A stretch of DNA of 64,000 nucleotides from Dehalococcoidia bacterium (GTDB lineage Bacteria > Chloroflexota > Dehalococcoidia > Lucifugimonadales > UBA3495): positions 1,099,106-1,163,105 of the forward strand of contig OY764869.1 in the NCBI GenBank assembly GCA_963668585.1, in the 5' to 3' direction. The notes under the pieces are model-generated. The model was not told the DNA's origin, ran no database searches, and saw nothing but the letters and a program-made list of their open reading frames with translations. Position numbers and translations under genes: made by a program. Each line of letters opens with the position of its first letter. The first letter of the stretch is position 1. Shown piece after piece: positions 43,598-53,725 of the stretch.

Positions 43598-45199
43598 ATG
43601 TTTGAAGTTCTGGGCGGCATCCTCGGCGGCGTTGGTCTGCTCTTCTTCGGGATGTGGCTGCTCTCCGAGAATCTGAAAACGGTGGTGGGCCCACGCCTGC
43701 GCGTGCTGGCCAGTAGGCTGGCCGACAACCGCTTTTCCGGATTCGCCTGGGGGACCCTGGCCGGCGCCATCACCCAGAGTTCGCCGGCCGTAACCTTCAT
43801 CACCATCAGCATGCTGCGGTCGGGGCTGATCTCGGCCCGCCAGGCCTACCCCATCGCCCTCGGCGCGCAGATGGGCGTCGGCCTGATCCTGTTCATCGTC
43901 ACCGTGGACATCCGCGTGGCCGCCCTGTTCGGCATCGGCATCGGCGGCGTCATCATCACGCGGTTCAGCCGGGGCAACTACCGCGAGGGCGGCGCCATGC
44001 TGTTCGGCGTGGCCGCGCTGCTGTTCGGACTCGTCCTGATCAAGGAATCGGCGGCGCCCCTGTCCGAGCAGACCTGGTTCCGCGCCGGCCTGGACATATC
44101 GGCCGGTTCCATCCTGTTGTCCTTCATCGTCGGCGCCCTGCTGACCTTCATCGTGCAGGCGCTGGTGCCTGTTGTCGCCTTCGGCATCGGCCTGGCCGCC
44201 GCTGGCCTCGTCGGCGTCGAGCAGGTGCTGATGTACGTGTACGGCTCCTATGTCGGCCTGGCCATCAGCGTCATGATCGTGTCCTACGGACTCAGCGGCA
44301 CCGCCCGGCAGTTGGGAATGTTCTGGGCAGTCCAGGTAATCTTTTCGGCGGTGATCATGGTCGGTCTGCTGTACATTGAAGTGTATGCCAACGTGCCGCT
44401 GGTCAACGCGCTGATCACCTGGCCCGACATCGGGTTGGGGCCGCAGATGGCGCTGGCGGTCATCATCTTCGGCATGCCGTCGCGCATCGTTGTCCTCGCC
44501 GCCCCCGACTGGACCATGCGCATCTTCTCCCGCTTCTGGCCGGCCAGCATCGCGGAGCAGCAGTCCCGCCCCTGGTACATCCACGACCAGGCCATGGACG
44601 ACGTGGAAACCGCGCTCGACCTCACCCACCTGGAGCAGCGGCGCGTGCTGGCGATGTTCTCCGGCTATCTCGATCAGGCCCGCGACGGACAGCCCGCCGG
44701 CGCAATCCGCGACTGGGCGCGCGAGGTCAACGCCCGCATCGACGAGTTCCTCAACGAACTGGGACGGCTGCGTCCCGGCCAGAGCAGCGAACGACGCAAT
44801 TCCGTCCTCAGCCGCCAGAAGCTCATCACCTGGCTCGAAGAGCAGTTCTCCACCATCCCCGAATCCCTCCGCCAACTTCCCGAGGACCCCGACCTCGACA
44901 TGTTCCGCATCAGCGTCGTCGAGGGCACCGACGCCGCCTTCCTCATCTTCCTCGACGCCGTGGAGGAGGACGACCCCGACACCTGGGCCTTCACCGAACA
45001 ACTCATGGGCGACCGCCGCGTCCTCATGCAGGACGTTCGCGCCCGCTACCTCGCCCTCACCCCCGATGACGCTGGAGACCAGCAGCGCATCATCGTCGAG
45101 GCCACCAACGCCGTCGAAAACATCTTCTTCCTCCTCGCTCAACTCACCCGCGATTTCAGGGAGTCCGGCAGCCCGGCGGCCGTTCCGGCAGAGGTGTGA
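43598..45199 (+). CDS. Na/Pi cotransporter family protein with a PhoU-like C-terminal region
   Basis: The N-terminus MFEVLGGILGGVGLLFFGMWLLSENLK...GAITQSSPAVTFI is typical of the NptA-like family. The C-terminal part is helical. Confidence 0.8.
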   Translation: MFEVLGGILGGVGLLFFGMWLLSENLKTVVGPRLRVLASRLADNRFSGFAWGTLAGAITQSSPAVTFITISMLRSGLISARQAYPIALGAQMGVGLILFIVTVDIRVAALFGIGIGGVIITRFSRGNYREGGAMLFGVAALLFGLVLIKESAAPLSEQTWFRAGLDISAGSILLSFIVGALLTFIVQALVPVVAFGIGLAAAGLVGVEQVLMYVYGSYVGLAISVMIVSYGLSGTARQLGMFWAVQVIFSAVIMVGLLYIEVYANVPLVNALITWPDIGLGPQMALAVIIFGMPSRIVVLAAPDWTMRIFSRFWPASIAEQQSRPWYIHDQAMDDVETALDLTHLEQRRVLAMFSGYLDQARDGQPAGAIRDWAREVNARIDEFLNELGRLRPGQSSERRNSVLSRQKLITWLEEQFSTIPESLRQLPEDPDLDMFRISVVEGTDAAFLIFLDAVEEDDPDTWAFTEQLMGDRRVLMQDVRARYLALTPDDAGDQQRIIVEATNAVENIFFLLAQLTRDFRESGSPAAVPAEV

Positions 45200-45355
45200 G
45201 GCAGGACGTGTAACAGGCGTACCCACCCAACATTGCGCGAAACCATTTGAGTGTCGAAAATGACTTCGACAAGTTGGTTGTTGCGCGGTTCGCATCGGGT
45301 GCAAGCGCTTGCCTGCCGTCCCTCCCGCGATGGGACACCTGCTTATCCCCAAAAG

Positions 45356-45386
45356 AAGCCCCCAGATGTGGGGGCTTGACGTTTTT
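45356..45386. terminator. bidirectional intrinsic terminator between convergent genes
   Basis: AAGCCCCCA-gatg-TGGGGGCTT is followed by gacgttttta on the plus strand and by cttttgggg on the minus strand. Confidence 0.7.
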
Positions 45387-45799
45387 ATCGACGGTTACGC
45401 GTACCTGCTGATGCCGTGCCGGCGGTACCGCCATGCAATATTCTAAAACCCGCAACAGCGGGAGGAGAGCGCCGGATGCAAAAAAGGACCGCCCCAAAGC
45501 AATATTGTTCGCATTTTGACCGTCCTGCGATGCGATTCAGGACAATCCTGTATTGGGGTTGTGAGCGAAACGAGCGTGTCAATCTTTGGAAATCACGTAA
45601 ACCGTCGAAAGATTCCGCCAAAATGGACGCCATGCGCCCGCCCACGCCGTCTGTGTAGCGCAAATGCAACCCTGTGGGCAGCGTCCCCGCAGCCCGTTGG
45701 CGGGAAGCAGCCCGCGTCGCCGGAGACACCTCGAACCCCTCGCGTCGGGAACGCGAGCCATTGGGGGCGGTCGCCCGTTTGATCGCCCTCCTGACCCCG

Positions 45800-48700
45800 T
45801 TAGGGCTCCTTGGTCTCCACGGTGAATATGTTGGAAGCGGTATTGCCCCTGGTGTAGATGTTCTCGCCGTCGGCCGTCAGGTCCTCGCCCACCCCGGTCA
45901 CCCGGTTCGCGGGCAGGCTGATGGTCACCGGTTGACCCAGCGTCGTCGGTTCGATGGTGATCACGTACACGCCACCGGAGGATACCTGGATGGCGGTAGC
46001 GCCGCCGTTGGTCACCTCGAAATCGGAGAGTTCCAGGTCCTTCACCGCCTCCACCATGACCCCTGACACTTCGGGGTCGGTTAGCTCGAGGTCGGAGCGG
46101 AACGTCCCGGTGGCCACCCGGTCGGGGTATGACTCCAGCTTGTGCGGCAGGAGGACGGCGGACAGTTTCGCGTTCAACGGAGAGTCATTCTTGTTTGGAG
46201 CCTGGGTCCTGAGCCGTGGCGATCTGGACAGCACGGTGTCGCCGCGGCGGATGCGCAGGTCATAGGTTAAAGGCGCGCCCCGGAAGATGTCGCCGTGCGA
46301 AAACTTGATGCAGGAGGTGTCCATGTCGGCGCACCGGACGTAGTTGTTCCCGCGCGCAATTATCTTCCAGCGTGGGGCAGGTTCCTGGACCGGCAGGTCG
46401 AAATCGACCGTCCATTCCCACAGGTACCGGCTTGACGCTTCTATGACCACGTCCGCATCGGTGGGCACAGCCCGCCCCAGGTCCCAGCAGATATCCAGGC
46501 GCGCCCTGCGGTCGATCACCTCGGCTCCGCACGCCCTGATCGTTTTAGTTTCGAGGCTTCCATCAACCTTGTGCCCCTCGAAAGTCGTGATGGACCCCTG
46601 CAGCCGGTAATGCAAGCTTGCCGAATGACCCGTGGAAGCATGCATGATCTTGCCGCCGTTCGCCATCAGTTGATCTTCGCGCAACTGGATGCCATCGCTG
46701 TCCCGGTCCCCGGCCTGCACGAGGTATGCGAACTCCAGCGTGCTGGTCCCCGAGCCGCCCACATAATGGAACTCCCGGTTTGCCACCGAGTTATCCGAGT
46801 CGCCCACCTCAATCAGGAGTCCTGGGTTACCGAAGGTGGTATCCACAACGACCTCCGTGTCGTACGTCACTGTGATTGTGATGGCGTCCCCTAACCCGTA
46901 CGTGTCCCCATTGTTTTTCGGTTCAGAAATTATGGATATACCATGAAGCCAAATAATTTGAGGAACCTGGTTGACCAGGTGCTTGGGGTCTGCATCCACC
47001 GCATCGTGGGCCAGATCAGCATCAAAGTCCGTGCCCTGCTGCTTGATCGTCCCGCCGTTCAGCATCAGGGAGTCGGCCGCGATTGCGATCCCTTCCTGGT
47101 CGTTGTCGCCGGCAGTAACGGTATAGGAGAAGGTGAGAGTCAGGTTGGTGGCGTCCACTGCCGAGTATTCGGCCCGCTTCACGGAGTCACCAATTGCAAC
47201 CTTGATGTACGGTGTACCGTCGGTTGTATCCACCACAACGGGCGCCCCGAATGTAACGGAGACCTCGATCACGTCGCCGGCAACATACACGTTATCGGCG
47301 CCGGCGTCGCTGGTGAACGCGACGCCGGTGACATCAGCCCAGATGCGGTCGATGGTGACCGTGTAGGTCTGAGTCATCAAACCCCTCTTGCTCACGCTGA
47401 TCGTGATCTCGTTGGCCCCTCGGGACAGGGCAACCTGGTGCCCGGCGGCGGCGGTGTCGGCGTCGGCAGGCAGGATGCTGGCGGTGGCGCCGGTTTCCGC
47501 CGTGACGCTCACGGTTGTTTCGGTGGTGTCCCGCCCGACCGTGGCCGTGTAGTCCACAACATCGGACGTGAACGCGGGCGACAGCGTGATGCCGGCCAGC
47601 GACAGGGCGGTGAGCGTGGCGCGCTCCTCGCTGTTGTGAACCAGGTGTCCGCCCTGGTCGGCCAACGCATCATGGGTCAGCAGGGCGTCGTCGCCGGTGG
47701 TGCGGTTCGTGATGGAACCGCCGTTCAGGGCAAGGGCGTCGGCCGCGATGGACACGCCGTTGGAGTCATCGTCGTCGAGAACCACGGTATAGGAGAAGGT
47801 CAGCGCCTTGCCGGCGGCGTCTGCGCTCGAATACTCTGCGTTGCGCGTTGTGGTCCCGATGGTGAGGGCCACGTGTGGCGTGCCCATGGTCGTATCAACC
47901 TGCACTGCCCTGTCGAAAGTGACCAGGACCTCGATGGCGTCGCCGGCCACGTAGGTGTCGTCGCTGACGGGGTCGCTGCCGAGCGCGATGCTCTCGATGC
48001 GGGGACGGTGATCCTCGAGTTGGAGTGGCGTCGATGAGGACAACGACAGCCGGTAACCGTCATGCTGGTTGGGCGTCCCGGGCACACTGGGGATTGTCGC
48101 CGTGGGGTTGCTTGACGCGCTGGCGGGCTCAACCGTCAGGATTGCGCTGGCCACTTCCCCGGCACGGATGGTGACGCCGGTGGCGCCGCCGGAGATGCTG
48201 GCGTCAGTTACAGTCAGGCGCAGCCACATATTGAAGGGCGCACCCTTTGGCGCAACGGCCCTGAACTGTAAAGTGCCCACGGATTCCAGGCCCACCGGCA
48301 GCAGGATCGGGTTCGTTGCATTGTTGCGCAGGTCAAGTTGGGTCAGCGGACTGCTCAGGTTGGCGAACATGCCATCGGGCAGTTCGTCAAGCTGGTTTTG
48401 GTGAAGGGACAATATTTCCAGGGCCGTCAGATCGTCAATAACACCGACCGGGAGTGAGGTCAGTTGGTTGCGGTCCAGGTGCAGACGCGTCAATGCCGAG
48501 AGGCCGTCAAAGACCCCAGCCGGGAGCCCGGTGAGCTCGTTGATCTCCAGCCAAAGGCTCGTCAGGCTGGTCAGACCATCAAACACATTCTCGGGCAACT
48601 CGGTGAGTCCGTTTGTTCCCAGTTCAAGTACCGACAACGATGACAGGCCGTTGAACAGGTCCTCCGGCAGTGTGGTGAACCGGTTTGCAACCAGGTAAAG

Positions 48701-51700
48701 CTCGGTCAGCGTGGGCACGGGCGCGAATATATCCTCCGGCAATTCGCCGTCGACGCCTTCAATTGTCAAGCGAGTGAGCGCCGGCAGTCCCGCAAAAATC
48801 CGGTTGGGCAAGCTGGTGAGGCGGTCCGGGGACGAGATGTCCAAAGCGGTCATGGCCGTCAGGCTGCTGAAGTCGTCCACCTTCAGTTCCGCTTCCTCTG
48901 TTGGCACGTACAGGTCAAGTATGGTGGACAGGTCCGCTGACGTGACGTCCGAGCAGTCCTGGGTCTCGGTCAATTCTTTGATCTCTGCCAATTCCTCGAG
49001 AATGGCAAGCTGCACCGTTCGCGTCCGGTCGCAGATGCCCAGGCCCTCGCCCACCAGGACGGTCGCCTCGTCCGACGGGTCGCTGGCGCCCTCCGAGTTG
49101 ACGGCCCTCACCTGGAAGAAGTGGGACACTCCGTTGGCAAGGCTTTCGACCGTGAAACCATCCTCGTTGTCCTCACCGACCGCGCTGTCGGCAATCGCGG
49201 TCCAGGCTTCGGGATAATCGGCATCGGATGATGACTTGTAGCGGTATTCGTGGCCGGTTACCGCCGGGAATGCCGCCGGCGTGGCCCACGCCAGAGTGGC
49301 CGCCTCATCCCCCGTCGTTGCCGTGAGGTTCGTGGGTTTGGAAGGGGGATCCATCGACTTGCTCACCGTGACGGTGTAGGTGACGGTGAGCCGCCCTGCC
49401 CTCATCACCTGAATTTCGATTGTGGCCGACTCCGTCGCCAGCGATACCTGGTGGCCGGCGGTGTTGCCATCGGCGTCGGCTGGCTCGATGCCGCCGATGT
49501 GCCCCACCAGCACCGTGGCGGTGACGGTGGTCTGCGTGACGGTCGGCCCGACCTCTGCCGTGTATTCGGTGGTCGCGGAATCGAACGCCGGTGCCAGCGT
49601 GGCGTCGCTCAGGTACAGGCTGTTGAGCTTGGCCCTGGGAGGATCCAGCCTGCCGTTCACCTTGTGCCCGATGATTTCGGGTTCGGCGTGGTTGAGGTCC
49701 GCGTCCCGCCCCGTGGTCTCGTGTTTGATGCTGCCGCCGTTGAGTCGCAGGCGGTTGGGCTCCAATGCGATGCCGGTGTTGTCCCGGTCGCCGGGCTGGA
49801 CCACGTATTGAAACTCCAGCGTGCTGCTTTCGGAACCCCCAACGTAGGACAGTTGTCGGGTCTCCAGAGTAATGCCGGGATGCCAGAAGTCCATCTCCAG
49901 GATCGGGATGCCGTCGGTGGTGTCCACCACCACTTTGGAATCGAAGGTGACGGTGAACGTGATGGTTTCGCCTTCGCCGTAGGTCTCGACGCCAGCCAGC
50001 GGTGAGGACATGATGGCAACGCCGTTGGCCACGATACTGGGTACCTTGTTGACGATGTGGCCGGCCTGGCTGGCAAGGGCGGAATGGTCGAGGACGGCAT
50101 CTGCGCCGCCCACCTGGGCCGTGATGGACCCGCCGTCCAGCGTCAACGCGTCGGCGGCGATGGAGATGCCGTCCTGGTCGCTGTCGTCCTCCACAACGGT
50201 GTAGGAGAAGGTCAGCACCTTGTTGGTGGCGTCGATGGAGGCGTAGGCAGCATTGCGGCTGTTATCGCCCACCGAGACGGCCACGTAGGGAGTGCCGTCC
50301 GTCGTGTCCACCGTCACGGGCCGGTTGAATGTCACCGCGACGCTGATCACGTCGCCGGTGGCATAGGTGCCGTCGGCGCCGGGGTCGCTGGAAATGGCGA
50401 CACTGTCCACCATGACCATGCCGATTTCCAGGGTTACCGTGTACTCGGTTGAGATCGTGGCCGTCCCGGATGCGGTGATGGTGATGACGGCGCCGTCGCT
50501 GACGGCCACCTGGTGTCCGGAGGCGCTGGAATCGGCATCGGCCGGCTGGATGCTGGCGGTATTGCCCGCCTGGACTGTGGCAGTGGCCGTGGTCTCGGTG
50601 ACGCCCGGGGCCACCACGGCGGTGTATTCGGTGATCGCGGGATCGAAGGCAGGCGACAGCGTGGCGTCGCTCAGGGACAGGGTGTTCAGTTCCGCGCGCG
50701 GCGGTGTCAGCCTGCCGTTCACCTTGTGCTCCCCTCCTCTGAAATTGGGGCGCGGGTGTTCGAGGTTAGCATCTCGGCCGGTGGTGGCGTGCTTGATGGA
50801 ACCGCCGTTCAGGCGCAGCCGGTTCTGCTTGATGGCGATGCCGGAGTTGTCCCGGTCCCCCTGCTGCACCACGTAATTGAACACCAGAGACCTGCTGCCG
50901 GAACCGGGGATAAATCCCAGCTCCTTGATCGCGAAGTTCCCGCCTGGATGCCAGAATTCCATCTCCAGGGTCGGGATGCCGTCGGTGGTGTCCACCACCA
51001 CGTCGGAATCGAAGGTGACGGTGAACGTGATGGTTTCGCCTTCGCCGTAGGTCTCGACGCCAGCCAGCGGTGAGGACATGATGGCAACGCCGTTTGACAC
51101 GATTCTGGGTACCTTGTTGACGATGTGGCCGGCCTGGCTGGCCAGGGCGGAATGGTCGAGGACGGCATCTGCGCCGCCCACCTGGGCCGTGATGGACCCG
51201 CCGTCCAGCGTCAACGCGTCGGCGGCGATGGAGATGCCGTCCTGGTCGCCGTCGTCCTCCACAACGGTGTAGGAGAATGTCAGTACCTTGCCGGTGGCGT
51301 CGATGCCGGTATAGGCGGCGTTGCGGAGATTGTCTCCCACCGAGACGGCCACGTAGGGAGTGCCATCCGTCGTGTCCACCGTCACGGGCCGGTTGAAGGT
51401 CACCGCGACGCTGATCACGTCGCCGGTGGCATAGGTGCCGTGGGCGCCGGGGTCGCTGGAAATGGCGACACTGTCCACCATGACCATGCCGATATCCAGG
51501 GTTACGGTGTACTCGGTCGAGATCTTGGCCGTCCCGGATGCGGTGATGGTGATGGCCGCGCCGTCGCTGACGGCCACCTGGTGTCCGGAGGCGCTGGAAT
51601 CGGAGTCGTCCGGCTGGATGCTGGCGGTATTGCCCGCCTGGACTGTGGCAGTGGCCGTGGTCTCGGTGACGCCCGGGGCCACCACGGCGGTGTATTCGGT

Positions 51701-53587
51701 GGTCGCGGGATCGAAGGCAGGCGACAGGGTGGCGTCGCTCAGGGACAGGGTGTTCAGTTCCGCGCGCGGCGGCGTCAGCCGGCCATCCACCTTGTGGTCC
51801 CCTCCAAAGACAGGGCGGGAGTGGTCGAGAACGGCATCGCGCCCCGTGGTGGCGTGTTGGATGCTGCCCCCTTTGAGTCGCAGCCGATTCCGCTTGACGA
51901 CGATGCCGGAGTTGTCCCGATCCCCCTGTTGGACTACGTACTCGAACTCCAGGGTCGTGCTGCCGGAACCGCGGACGAAGCCCATCTCCTTGATCGCGTA
52001 GTTCCCGCCTGGATGCCAGAACTCCATGGACAGGGTGGGTATCCCGTCGGTGGTGTCCACCACCACGTCGGAATCGAAGGTCACGGTGAACGTGATGGTC
52101 TCGCCCTTGCCGTAGGTGTCGCTATTAGCCAATGGCGTGGAGGTAATCTTCACGCCGCCGGTTACGATCTCGGGTACCTTGTTGACGATGTGGCCCGCCT
52201 GGCTGACCAGGGCGTCATGATCCAGGACGGCATCCGTACTGCTGGCCTGGCCCGTGATGGACCCGCCGTCCAGCGTCAACGCGTCGGCGGCGATGGAGAT
52301 GCCGTCCTGATCGCTGTCGTCCTCCACAACGGTGTAGGAGAATGTCAGTACCTTGCCGGTGGCGTCGATGCCGGTATAAGCGGCGTTGCGGAGATTGTCT
52401 CCCACCGAGATGCCCACATACGGGACGCCGTTGGTGGTGTCCACCGCGACTGAGACGTTGAAGGTTGCCGCGACGTTGATGACATCGGCGGTGGCGTAGG
52501 TGCCGTCGGCGCCGGGGTCGCTGGTGACGGCCACAGTGTCCACCACCGTACTGACCATGATGGTCACGGTGTACTGAGTGGGGAGTTTGCCCGCTTCCGC
52601 GACGGTGATGGTGATGACGGCGCCGTCGCTGACGGCCACCTGGTGTCCGGAGGCGCTGGAATCGGCATCGGCCGGCTGGATGCTGGCGGTATTGCCCGCC
52701 TGGACTGTGGCAGTGGCGGTAATCTCGGTGACGCCCGGGGCCACCACGGCGGTGTATTCGGTGGTGGCTGGGTCGAAGGCAGGCGACAGGGTGGCGTTGC
52801 TCAGGGACAGGCTGTTGAGTTCGGCCTTCGGCGGCTCCAGCCTGCCGTCCACCTTGTGCCTGTTGAGGTTGGGTTTCGCGTGGTCGAGGTTCGCGTCCCG
52901 CTCCGTGGTGTGGTGTTTGATGCTGCCCCCGTTGAGTCGCAGGCGGTTGGCCTCCACCGAGATACCGGTGTTGTCCCGGTCGCCGGCCTGGACCACGTAT
53001 TGAAACTCCAGCGTGTTGCTCCCGGAACCTCCGACGTAGGGCACTTCCCTGGTGTGTCCGGTGATGCCCGGATGCCAGAAATCCACCCCCAGGGTCGGGA
53101 TTCCGTCGGTGGTGTCCACCACCACGTCGGAATCGAAGGTCACGGTGAACGCGATGGTCTCACCCCTGCCGTAGGTGTCGGCAGCCGCCAGCGGGGACGA
53201 GATCACGGCGACACCGTCGGCAACGATGTTGGGAACCTCGTCCACTTGGCCCGACTGGCTGGCCGGAGCGTCGTGTTCCAGGTTCGCATCAACGCCGCTG
53301 GCCAGGCTCGTGATGGATCCGCCGCCCAGCGTGAACTCATCGGCGGCGATGGAGATGGCGTCTGCGCCCGGATCGCTGGTCAATCGCATCTCGGTGATGC
53401 CATCGCGCAGATTGACCTGGCGGCCCTCGTTGTTAAACGGGGCGGCCAGCCTGTCATCAATCTTGTGGCCGGGGTGGTGGCCAACGACAGGATGCTTTGG
53501 GATCGCGGGCAGGTCTCCGGAGACCTCCTCTGCCTGGTCAACGGTGCCGATCGGTTTCTGCGTCGATGCGGCCTGCGCGCCGGACAC
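45800..53587 (-). CDS. giant repeat protein: cadherin-like / Ig-like beta-sandwich modules, FN3, leucine-rich repeats
   Basis: 2595-aa ORF. Modules of about 355 aa repeat (...SDPGADGTYA.GDVI.VAVTF...; ...DTYG.GETITFTVTFDSDVVVDTTDGIPTL...; ...LSLSDATLSPAFDPATTEYTAVV...). One FN3 domain is present (PSKPTNLTATTGDEAATLAWA...). An LRR block reads (LTSLPNRIFAGLPALTRL...LTELPENVFDGLTSL...). Confidence 0.85.
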   Translation of the reverse strand: MSGAQAASTQKPIGTVDQAEEVSGDLPAIPKHPVVGHHPGHKIDDRLAAPFNNEGRQVNLRDGITEMRLTSDPGADAISIAADEFTLGGGSITSLASGVDANLEHDAPASQSGQVDEVPNIVADGVAVISSPLAAADTYGRGETIAFTVTFDSDVVVDTTDGIPTLGVDFWHPGITGHTREVPYVGGSGSNTLEFQYVVQAGDRDNTGISVEANRLRLNGGSIKHHTTERDANLDHAKPNLNRHKVDGRLEPPKAELNSLSLSNATLSPAFDPATTEYTAVVAPGVTEITATATVQAGNTASIQPADADSSASGHQVAVSDGAVITITVAEAGKLPTQYTVTIMVSTVVDTVAVTSDPGADGTYATADVINVAATFNVSVAVDTTNGVPYVGISVGDNLRNAAYTGIDATGKVLTFSYTVVEDDSDQDGISIAADALTLDGGSITGQASSTDAVLDHDALVSQAGHIVNKVPEIVTGGVKITSTPLANSDTYGKGETITFTVTFDSDVVVDTTDGIPTLSMEFWHPGGNYAIKEMGFVRGSGSTTLEFEYVVQQGDRDNSGIVVKRNRLRLKGGSIQHATTGRDAVLDHSRPVFGGDHKVDGRLTPPRAELNTLSLSDATLSPAFDPATTEYTAVVAPGVTETTATATVQAGNTASIQPDDSDSSASGHQVAVSDGAAITITASGTAKISTEYTVTLDIGMVMVDSVAISSDPGAHGTYATGDVISVAVTFNRPVTVDTTDGTPYVAVSVGDNLRNAAYTGIDATGKVLTFSYTVVEDDGDQDGISIAADALTLDGGSITAQVGGADAVLDHSALASQAGHIVNKVPRIVSNGVAIMSSPLAGVETYGEGETITFTVTFDSDVVVDTTDGIPTLEMEFWHPGGNFAIKELGFIPGSGSRSLVFNYVVQQGDRDNSGIAIKQNRLRLNGGSIKHATTGRDANLEHPRPNFRGGEHKVNGRLTPPRAELNTLSLSDATLSPAFDPAITEYTAVVAPGVTETTATATVQAGNTASIQPADADSSASGHQVAVSDGAVITITASGTATISTEYTVTLEIGMVMVDSVAISSDPGADGTYATGDVISVAVTFNRPVTVDTTDGTPYVAVSVGDNSRNAAYASIDATNKVLTFSYTVVEDDSDQDGISIAADALTLDGGSITAQVGGADAVLDHSALASQAGHIVNKVPSIVANGVAIMSSPLAGVETYGEGETITFTVTFDSKVVVDTTDGIPILEMDFWHPGITLETRQLSYVGGSESSTLEFQYVVQPGDRDNTGIALEPNRLRLNGGSIKHETTGRDADLNHAEPEIIGHKVNGRLDPPRAKLNSLYLSDATLAPAFDSATTEYTAEVGPTVTQTTVTATVLVGHIGGIEPADADGNTAGHQVSLATESATIEIQVMRAGRLTVTYTVTVSKSMDPPSKPTNLTATTGDEAATLAWATPAAFPAVTGHEYRYKSSSDADYPEAWTAIADSAVGEDNEDGFTVESLANGVSHFFQVRAVNSEGASDPSDEATVLVGEGLGICDRTRTVQLAILEELAEIKELTETQDCSDVTSADLSTILDLYVPTEEAELKVDDFSSLTAMTALDISSPDRLTSLPNRIFAGLPALTRLTIEGVDGELPEDIFAPVPTLTELYLVANRFTTLPEDLFNGLSSLSVLELGTNGLTELPENVFDGLTSLTSLWLEINELTGLPAGVFDGLSALTRLHLDRNQLTSLPVGVIDDLTALEILSLHQNQLDELPDGMFANLSSPLTQLDLRNNATNPILLPVGLESVGTLQFRAVAPKGAPFNMWLRLTVTDASISGGATGVTIRAGEVASAILTVEPASASSNPTATIPSVPGTPNQHDGYRLSLSSSTPLQLEDHRPRIESIALGSDPVSDDTYVAGDAIEVLVTFDRAVQVDTTMGTPHVALTIGTTTRNAEYSSADAAGKALTFSYTVVLDDDDSNGVSIAADALALNGGSITNRTTGDDALLTHDALADQGGHLVHNSEERATLTALSLAGITLSPAFTSDVVDYTATVGRDTTETTVSVTAETGATASILPADADTAAAGHQVALSRGANEITISVSKRGLMTQTYTVTIDRIWADVTGVAFTSDAGADNVYVAGDVIEVSVTFGAPVVVDTTDGTPYIKVAIGDSVKRAEYSAVDATNLTLTFSYTVTAGDNDQEGIAIAADSLMLNGGTIKQQGTDFDADLAHDAVDADPKHLVNQVPQIIWLHGISIISEPKNNGDTYGLGDAITITVTYDTEVVVDTTFGNPGLLIEVGDSDNSVANREFHYVGGSGTSTLEFAYLVQAGDRDSDGIQLREDQLMANGGKIMHASTGHSASLHYRLQGSITTFEGHKVDGSLETKTIRACGAEVIDRRARLDICWDLGRAVPTDADVVIEASSRYLWEWTVDFDLPVQEPAPRWKIIARGNNYVRCADMDTSCIKFSHGDIFRGAPLTYDLRIRRGDTVLSRSPRLRTQAPNKNDSPLNAKLSAVLLPHKLESYPDRVATGTFRSDLELTDPEVSGVMVEAVKDLELSDFEVTNGGATAIQVSSGGVYVITIEPTTLGQPVTISLPANRVTGVGEDLTADGENIYTRGNTASNIFTVETKEP
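49300..53350 (-). repeat. tandem in-gene DNA repeats of about 1.07 kb (about 4 units)
   Basis: The marker tgtccaccaccac recurs at 49921, 50989, 52054 and 53113, giving spacings of 1068, 1065 and 1059 bp. Shadow ORFs 50010..50204 and 51078..51272 are near-identical. Confidence 0.85.
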
Positions 53588-53590
53588 CGT

Positions 53591-53725
53591 TCAGGCCAGG
53601 ATCCCAATCACCGCCAGACTGACGGCCGCAGCGGCAAGCGAGACCCGCAGGTGGACACGCCACCGGGCGATGAGTCGAAATATGTTGGAGTTGTTCGTTA
53701 TGTTGGAGTTGTTCGTCCGGAACAT
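53591..53725 (-). other. signal-peptide-encoding segment in frame with the giant ORF, separated from it by TGA 53591-53593
   Basis: MFRTNNSNITNNSNIFRLIARWRVHLRVSLAAAAVSLAVIGILA[TGA]TVSGAQAAST... It has a positive n-region, a hydrophobic core and an AQA-type cleavage site that lies downstream of the TGA. Confidence 0.55.

Noticed and set aside
45800-53587. A diversity-generating retroelement targeting the repeated modules of the giant gene.
   Set aside because: There is no reverse transcriptase gene and no template repeat with adenine-specific mismatches in the window. Differences between units are not A-biased by eye.
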